A DNA stretch of 64,000 bases, from NCBI GenBank assembly GCA_013239625.1, contig MU054338.1, positions 4,998,724 through 5,062,723 on the forward strand, in the 5' to 3' direction. The translations under genes were made by a program, and so were the position numbers. Shown in pieces: positions 56,640 through 64,000 of this stretch; within the stretch, counting starts at the first letter, position 1; every line of letters starts with the position of its first letter. The notes beneath the pieces were generated by a model. The model did no database searches. It saw nothing but the letters and a program-made list of their open reading frames with translations, and was not told where the DNA came from. Source of the stretch: Lama guanicoe (lineage: Eukaryota).

Positions 56640-56886
56640 GGAATTATCCCCCAGGTAACCACCTCCGGGAGTCCCGCGGATGTGGGAAGGGAAGGCTGTT
56701 GAAAGAGGAGGCCCTGGAGCCTACCCTGGGGGCCTCCTCTTAGCCCCGGATGTGGGAAGGGAGGGCCAGGATGCCAAGGGGCTTAGCCAAGACAGGAAGC
56801 CCCACACCCGGAGGCCTTAAAGAGAAAGCTGAGGCAGGGGCAGAGGATGTATGTCCAGGATTCTGCCTGCAGAGTCCAAGGAGAGG
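56640..56886 (+). promoter_or_regulatory. RETN proximal promoter and non-coding exon 1 (donor after 56886; TSS approximate)
   Basis: Strong donor gagagg|gtaagt at 56886/7 and acceptor ctcttgcag| at 57071, 10 nt before the ATG. This matches the recalled 4-exon RETN layout. Confidence 0.7.
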
Positions 56887-57081
56887 GTAAGTGACAGGGG
56901 CCCCTGCCTCTGCCCAGAGCCTCAGCCAGAGAGCCTGGGGCAAAGCTGGACCTCCAGCCCTGTCCTCCATCGGGACCCAGGGCTCCAGACCCCACACGCT
57001 TGGTGGGCCTGATCCCTCCCAGGCTGGGAAGGGGCTGACCCCAATGTGGGTCCCCTGGTTCTCTCTTGCAGAACCTGCAGG

Positions 57082-58074
57082 ATGAAGGCTCTCCCCCTCC
57101 TCTTCCTCCCAGTCCTGTGGCTGCTGGTGTGTGGCAACTCACTGTGTCCCATGGATGAAGCCCTCAATGAGAAGATCCAAGATGCCACCAGTTTCCTAAG
57201 TGAGGACCCTGACATCTGACCTCAGCAGGGGCCCCTCCGATTCCTGACACGGAGCAAACAAGTAGTGGCCCCGACCCCAATCCCAGCTCCCGCCCGGCTC
57301 CACCCTTAACCACATCTCCAAACCCTCCTTCCTCCAAAACGCCCACCTCAAGACAGAATCCTAGGAGGCGGTGAGCTCCCCTCCACCTGGGCTCTCCCCC
57401 AGGGCCCAGACCACCTGGGCCCTCTCCAGGGGAGTTTTTGTGACCCCTTGCCTATGTCCAGACCACAGGGCCTGGGCAGCATAAGAATGGGGGAGAGGCA
57501 GCTTGGTCTCACAGTTACCCATCCCCCTCCACCACCCCGCAGTACTTGACGTAATAAGGAAAGTTCGCCTGGACTGCCGGAGTGTCACCTCCAGGGGGGA
57601 CCTGGTCACCTGCCCCTCAGGTGAGTACAGAACTCTCAGTTCTGTTCTTGGTACCCTGTAACCCCCTCCCCCACGTCCAGCCTCTATTCCTCTAAGACCA
57701 TGGAGACCCAGTCTCTACTTCTAGAATGTTTTGGTCTGCACCCCCAGCCTTTTCCCTCCCCACAACTCCCGGACCCTATTTCCTCAGGACCCCGGTGTCC
57801 AGGTCCCCAACCACCAGCGTCCCCACCACCCACGCATCCGGCTCCCATTCTCCAGTGTGAGGGCCTCCAGCCCCCTGGACCCCGAGGCCCGCAGCCTCTG
57901 ACTTGGAGCCCAAGCTCTCCCCACTCCTCGCTCCCACTGGCAGGCTTCGCTGTCACCGGCTGCACGTGTGGCTCTGCCTGTGGCTCGTGGGATGTTCGCG
58001 CCGAGACCACATGCCACTGCCAGTGCGCAGGCATGGACTGGACAGGAGCCCGCTGCTGTCGCCTGCAGGCCTAG
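57082..58074 (+). CDS. RETN: Resistin precursor, 108 aa (signal peptide plus Cys-rich C-terminal head)
   Basis: Exons 57082-57199, 57543-57620, 57944-58074 give [108 protein letters not shown], with the RELM-family cysteine spacing. Confidence 0.96.
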
Positions 58075-58166
58075 TAGCCTAAAGTTGCACCTGCCTACGG
58101 GATGGGCCTGGAGGGCGTGGCCAGCCTCAGAGGGGTGGGGTCATGCCTCGGAGGGGCGGGGCTAGA

Positions 58167-58172
58167 AATAAA
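58167..58172 (+). terminator. RETN polyadenylation signal AATAAA
   Basis: Canonical hexamer 92 nt after the stop, with GU-rich sequence downstream. Confidence 0.85.
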
Positions 58173-59929
58173 GGCTGAGAAGAGGATGCAGAGGGCCTGG
58201 GCCCTGTGCTGTGTCTTCTGTGGGGTGTGGGAGACTGAGCTGGCGTCTCCAAAAAGAGCGAGGCGCGTAGTCACCAGAGGGAGGTGGGTGGGGGGACAAC
58301 TGCGACTTTCTTCTGCCCCATTCCCCCCTCCTCCCTTGTGGTCCCCCACTTCTACTTCTGAAAAAATGGGGACTTAACTTCCTCTAATGACACCCACACC
58401 CAAGGTTCGTGGCATACCTTCAGAAGGGGAAGGGAGTGTTACCTTTGAAGCCAACCTGACGGTCACTCTAGCGTTTCGGACCTCCCGGGAAGTTGCTGGG
58501 TCATTCTTCCCCACCGCCCACAATGAGGCCTCCTCAGGGATCTGGGTCTGGACAGGGCAGGTACCCCCACCCACCCTATGCACGTGTGCTCCCGGGACTC
58601 AAGCCACGAGCAGCCCCCGGGTCAGGGTGCATCCCTGAGCCATCGGAGAGCCCAAAGCCCTGAGCCCCATCCCTCACTCCTCACCTGCATCAGGGGACCC
58701 CCAAGGGGCAGACAAAGCTGGGTCATGAGCAGGAAGGAGTCTTCACAGGGGTCTGGGGAGAACTCCTACCTGATGCTACCTACGTCACCAATTCACGTTT
58801 TCACACGCACAGGTGCAGTTTTGAGTAATTATAGCTCATGGTATGTACCTCTCATGAGCCCTCAAATATGAAAACACAGGGCAGAGGGCTTGTATCTTTG
58901 ATGTATCTGGCTCTTAGAAAGAGCTTGGTAGATAGAAGGTGTTCGGGAAATGTCTGTTGAATAAATAACCACACACACGTGGCTACACCACCTAGGTGCA
59001 CACACTACATGCACATACGTAGTTACTCATGGCCATGTGCACGCACAGTACAAAACCCAGTTACCATGGTTACACAGAGACACCCCACCCACAGATACAC
59101 ACATGCCTACCGAACGGAGAGACCCAGGGACACACAGACACATGTATGCCTCAGATAGACTCTCATACTTCCAACATCAAGTCCCGCCCCCACCCAATGA
59201 CACCGTCTCAGTTTGGAGTCAAACCCTAGAAGGGAAATCCTCAACATCACAGGGAGAGGGGCACAAACCCAGGTGATTCAAGGTCTAGTTCCTTTAGAAT
59301 CCTAACCCAGGAGTCTTAAAAGCCAGTCCCTGAGAGATGCAGGCAGAGAATTCAGAACACTTGGTGCTCAATCTTAAAAAGGACCCCAGAGGTAAACGTC
59401 ACAGTCCCCAGCATACTCCTCAGGCTGGAGAATGGAGGACAGGGTGGAGTTCTGGCTTTCAAGATGTTTTGGACTCTCCTCCCACTGGCAACTACCCGCT
59501 ATGATGTCTGATCCCGGTGGCCATGAGCTGAGGTCACAAACACTCCTGGTGCCTGTGGCATCCACCCAGTCTCTGATCCAGGCACTCCCCTCCCACGTCC
59601 TTCATCCTAATCCCACTTCGGCCTTGGGGTTGGAGTGGGATCACTGATTCAGGAGTGTGTTAAGAACCAGAGGGGGTGAGTCTAGTACCTTGTCTAGCCT
59701 GTCCCTCACTGACGTGAAGGGAGGAGCACTCCAGTGTCTCCAGACCCTGATGTGAATGCCCCCTTGTCTCCAAGACGCACAATTGTCCTTCTCTATGGAC
59801 CCCAAGAAAGGCCTCTTCAGAGCACTCAGTTCCAACAGTCACCCTCCTGTCCCAGAGCACAGACTTTGACAGGCAACCCCTGCCCCTTCTTAAGCCTCCT
59901 TCCTCTTTTGCCAAATGCCTGGCCCCTGT

Positions 59930-60420
59930 AGTAGCCAGACCCACATCAAACTAGCTGGAGCAAAAGAGAAAGGACATTTCTGGATTATGTAACTGAAAGG
60001 CCCACGGTTAGAACAACAGATTCAAGTACGGCTGGATCCAGGGTCTCAAATGATGTGTCCAGGACCCTACTCCCTGTCAGGTCTGCTTTCCTCAGTGCTG
60101 GCTTCACTTTCAAGCAGGCTCTCTATTGTCACAGCTCCAGGCCTACATCCTCACAGTCTTACGGCAGTGGGGTGAGGAGTGGGGGGAAAGAGGATACCCT
60201 TTTTCCTGGTTGACCCACCAAAAGCCTCAGGACTAAATTTCATTGGTTGAGTTTGGCTCATGTTCCTGCCCCTGTGCCAAATTTTGGACTCTGATTGGCT
60301 GGGCTTGGATCCCATGCCCACTCTAAACCAATCCCTAGTTAGGACATGTTTTCTTTCTTAAAAGAAAGCGGAGATAGTTACTCAGTGAAAGTCTGGTCAG
60401 GCAACCTCAGAAGCCCTCTT
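59930..60420 (-). mobile_element. Old MaLR LTR (MLT1J/K-like)
   Basis: caaactagct..agcaaaa...tgtaactgaaa...ggctggatccaggg.ctcaaatgatgt...ctctgattggct..gcttgg...catgcccac. Confidence 0.55.
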
Positions 60421-60864
60421 AGGCCACTGTGACATGGTTGCTTGAGGGTCTCGTTTGGGGACTAACTTTTCCTCAAAGTCCAGAGGGCTGGGGCCTGGTC
60501 TCAGCCTCATCAGAGCCAGGGAAAGGTGTGATGCTGTGGCCCCGCTCCCTGTGCCTGTCCATCAGAGCAAAGCCAGTTCCCCATTGGCCTATCTCTTCTG
60601 TGACTGTTGGGCTGGGTGTGGGGTCACATTTCCCAGTAAGCGGAGTCTTTGTAAGACCAGATACAAGAGCTGGCATCTAATCACTAGTAAATCAATCTTC
60701 CTTGAGCAGACAAGATTGGCAATGCTTTAGGAAAGAGAATGTTATCCTCACTGGATCTTGGGGACCATTCCAAAATTATGTAGAATTTAATCACACATTT
60801 TAAATCTAAAACATACTCACTTCCTACACATAGAAAGTTTCAAATTTATTTTTTCCAAAGGGAG

Positions 60865-61530
60865 AGTAACAGAGCAGGACCCTATGGGGCCTTCCCAGGA
60901 CAGACACCACCAACCCCTCAGTGTCCTCTGCCTGTCTCTCGTCTCTAGAAAAACTTTAGCCAAAAAAGTACATTTAATCAAAGAAATGAAAAAATGCAGA
61001 AGCAAAGAGAAGCAGTCAAACAGGACAAAATAATAATAGCTTAGCCATGCAGCAAAGTCAAAGACCTTTACTTTCTCCTCAAGGGCTACAGATAAGATTC
61101 TGAGCCATATCCTCTGAGCCGTTTTACAGATACTAAAATGCCCACCACGTGGAGGAAGTTAAGTACACGATGACCAGAGTGTAGCCATGACATAAGCTGC
61201 TCCATCTTGCACAATTCTGAGAACTGGCCTCAAGGAAATGGGAACAAGTTGAGCCTGAAAATGAAGATTAACTGCACTTAAAACAATCAAGATGGTGCTG
61301 ATCAGACCACCATGTGACCAATTTGAAGACGACTACAGTAAACGAACTACAAACTACTATGTATAAAATAGGTAAGAAGCAAGGGTGTATTGTACAGCAC
61401 AGAGTAATACAGCCATTATTTTGTAATAACTTTCCATGGAGTATGATCTATAAAAGTATTGAATCACTATGCTGTGCACCTGAAACTAATATAATATTAT
61501 AAATCAACTATTCTTCAATTTTTAAAAACC
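60865..61530 (+). mobile_element. ERV LTR 5' portion (about 60865-61340) joined to an L1 3' tail (about 61340-61530)
   Basis: Begins gtaacagagcaggaccctatggggccttcc, like 51913, then switches to the L1 end (tgtacagcacag...gaatcactatgctgtgcacctgaaactaat...tcaactattcttcaa). Confidence 0.6.
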
Positions 61531-62106
61531 CTGCCCTCCAAAACCATGATGCATTTCACATTATACTTCCATCAGAAGGCACTGCTCTAGATCTAAAGAG
61601 AAAATTCCCTGTATACTTGGTCTCATTTTTTTTTTAATCCACAGTTTTCAAGGTCAGAGAGACAAAGAGAACTTCAAGACAGCTAGGCAGAGTGCAGACA
61701 GTGTGATGCCATGAATAGGCATCAGCATGCAAATGAGGGTGACACACGTGCAGGCGGGCAGATTGTGACTGGGGGTGTTCAGGAGGGTGTGCGTAAGTGT
61801 GTGTGTGTGTGTGTGAGTCTGGGTAGGTGAGGAGACGTGTGGCTGAGTGTGAGTGGGTTTGCTTCCGGAGTTAGGTCAAGGTGAGGTCTGGCCTCAGTCC
61901 CACATGTGGATGTGCAGTTCGGTGACCCTGTTGCCTCCTACCCGTGCTTCTCCTTCAAGAGATCTTGAAGAAGTAGAACTTCTCAGGGCGGGGCCGAGAG
62001 GGGGAACTGGGGCTAGGAACTGCCTCTGCCCTAAAAGGTAGGGCTTGGAGGTGTCAAATCTCTTCTCTTGAGAGCAAGAGATGGGAGGTTGAGGTTCATC
62101 CAGGTA

Positions 62107-62107
<1 letters not shown>

Positions 62108-62142
<35 letters not shown>
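62108..62142. repeat. (AC)17 microsatellite
   Basis: Perfect AC run, about 590 bp upstream of the MCEMP1 ATG. Confidence 0.95.
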
Positions 62143-62145
<3 letters not shown>

Positions 62146-62212
62146 CTTCCTATAGATTTCCTGACCATCCCTTTTTTAAAAGCTTTATTTTTATTGAATA
62201 CAATTGACAGAT

Positions 62213-62347
62213 GGGGGAGGATATAGCTCAAGTGGTAGAGTGCATGCTCAGTGTACACAAGGTCCTGGGTTCAATCCCCAGTACCTCCTCTAAAAGTAAA
62301 TAAATAAGTAAACCTAATTATCTCTCCCGCTAATAAACAGCAAAATT
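62213..62347 (+). mobile_element. tRNA-Ala-derived SINE (Vic-1-like) inserted in an antisense L1 3' end
   Basis: gggggaggatatagctcaagtggtagagtgcatgctcagtgtacacaaggtcctgggttcaatccccagtacctcc, flanked by acaattgacagat / acaactgacatat. Confidence 0.85.
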
Positions 62348-62730
62348 AAAAAAAAACAACTGACATATGACTGTTGTGTAAGTTTAACGTGTACAACGTG
62401 TTGATTTGATACCTTTGTCTATTGCAATGTGATCATCACCATCGTGTTAGTTAACACTTTAACCACAAGTTCCTGACTATTCCATTCCATTTCCGGGACT
62501 GTAGGCTCTTGTTCTTGGTCCTCCCTGAGACCTCTGGTCTCCTAAGACCCCTCTTGAGCCGGGGTGGAGGTGAGGATGCCCAAGGTGAGGTGGGAGGGTC
62601 CTGCATCCCTGGAAAGAGGAGGCTGACTCCTCCTTTCTTCCCTTACCCCAACCCAGAGACTTCCTCATCCTTCCAGACACCTTCCGGTGGGTGGAGAATG
62701 AATACAGACAAATCGGCAGCCCCGGGGAAA

Positions 62731-63894
62731 ATGGAGAATGAGGAAATCTACATGAACCAGGTCAAGATGCAGGCAGCAGCCTTTAAAGACAAGAAACGGC
62801 GATCCCCAGACAACAAAGAAGGTTGGGCACCTCGCCCTGGAGAGGCAAGGGGAGAGGTCGAGAGGGAGAGGTTGGGATAGAAGAGATAAGGAGCTGAAAG
62901 TTGGGGCCAGAGGGTTCCTTCCCCTACCCAGAAAGTGTGTGTGTCTGTGTATCACCCAGACGGTCACACACACCCGCTCCCCTTAATCAAGAAGCTGACC
63001 TTTATTCCCCACTCCCTGTCTTTACCCCCAGAAGTGTGTTGTGTGCAGGGTTCGGTGAACCCAGATGTCTGAGCCTCCTCTCCTACTCCCATCCCTGTCC
63101 CAGCGCTCCGGGCAGGCAGGTTTCCACAGCCCCTTCCACTGACCTGCTCACAGGTGCAGATGACCCTGCCTATGAGAATTTCACGTTGACCTTCAGAAAT
63201 CGCGACCAACCAAAGGGCAGTCATTCACCAGCCAAGAATAAGGGTGAGCGGCCACCCATGAGCCACATCCCATTGCCTGGGGAGGGGCCTGCAGGAAAGC
63301 ATTGCTGAGACAAGGGGCAGTGCGTGGGGGTCAGGTCGATGGCGTGGTGTTGAGGCTTGTGTGTGACAGTGGTGGGGGTAGCTTTGTTGGTGGTGTGAAT
63401 GTGCTGGTGGAAGATTTGGGTGACGGTGATGGTGAGTAAGTGACCGTGGAGTGCATTGGGAAGGAATCACCTAGACAGAGCTGGTGAGGGTGCTGATGAG
63501 GTCGGACAATGGGGACAGTGCCCATAAATGCGCATTGATGCTGGTGGGTGTCAGTGACAAGGATGGTAAGGAGGGGGGTGATGATGATGGTGTTAGGGAC
63601 CATTGCTGGCGGCTCTGGCCAGGCTGGCAGTGTCGTTGATGGTCAAAGCTGTTTATGGTATTGGGGACAGCACATGTAGATGACAGAGCTGTTGATGGTG
63701 TTAGTGCCAATGGTCCGAGTGGCGGTGTTGGGCCCTGGAGGTGACCTGTCCTGCCTCTGCCCCAGTCCCATCCCAGTCCAGGCCTCCCTTGGACTCTGCC
63801 CAGGGCCTCTATTGGTTGCACAGAGCCATGGTGAGCCTGTCCCTCCTCCTCGCCCTGTCCTGCGTCATTCTCTTGGCCTTGGTCCTGATGAAGA
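62731..63894 (+). CDS. MCEMP1: Mast cell-expressed membrane protein 1 (type II TM protein), first three coding exons; the gene continues beyond the window
   Basis: Exons 62731-62821, 63154-63243, 63766-63894 give MENEEIYMNQVKMQAAAFKDKKRRSPDNKEGADDPAYENFTLTFRNRDQPKGSHSPAKNKVPSQSRPPLDSAQGLYWLHRAMVSLSLLLALSCVILLALVLMK, with a YEN motif, a TM helix, and the expected position after RETN. Confidence 0.88.
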
Positions 63895-64000
63895 GTGAGT
63901 GTTTTGAGTTTTTGGTGACTGGGGCAGGGGCCGGGGCAGTGTGGAGGGTTCCTCGGGAGCTGGGGAGGTCAAGTCTGGCTCCCAAGGCTGCAGAATTAGG

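Overview
This is mammalian genomic DNA, syntenic with human 19p13.2. Six copies of a tRNA-Ala-type SINE suggest a camelid (inference, not a database match). I assembled the exons by hand from GT-AG boundaries, and reading frames close correctly for six complete genes: CAMSAP3 (+, 19 coding exons including two microexons), XAB2 (-, 19 exons, 855 aa), PET100 (+, 76 aa), PCP2/L7 (-, alternative first exons), STXBP2/Munc18-2 (+, 19 exons, 593 aa) and RETN/resistin (+, 108 aa). The first three coding exons of MCEMP1 (+) run off the window end. Roughly 1-43 kb is GC-rich and gene-dense. Roughly 45.5-56.5 kb is an AT-richer pile of nested L1, LTR, SINE and DNA-transposon relics. I found no convincing evidence of a wholly new biological system. 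The best leads are local: a candidate upstream in-frame PCP2 exon with a possible N-myristoylation start, a compact bidirectional PET100/PCP2 3'-end element, an NF-kB site carried by a MER81-like element upstream of STXBP2, a duplicated RBPJ/ETS-like 20-mer in the RETN promoter, an extra YxN motif in MCEMP1, and several local duplications and cryptic repeats. Gene names, repeat-family names and human/mouse comparisons come from recall and need database confirmation.
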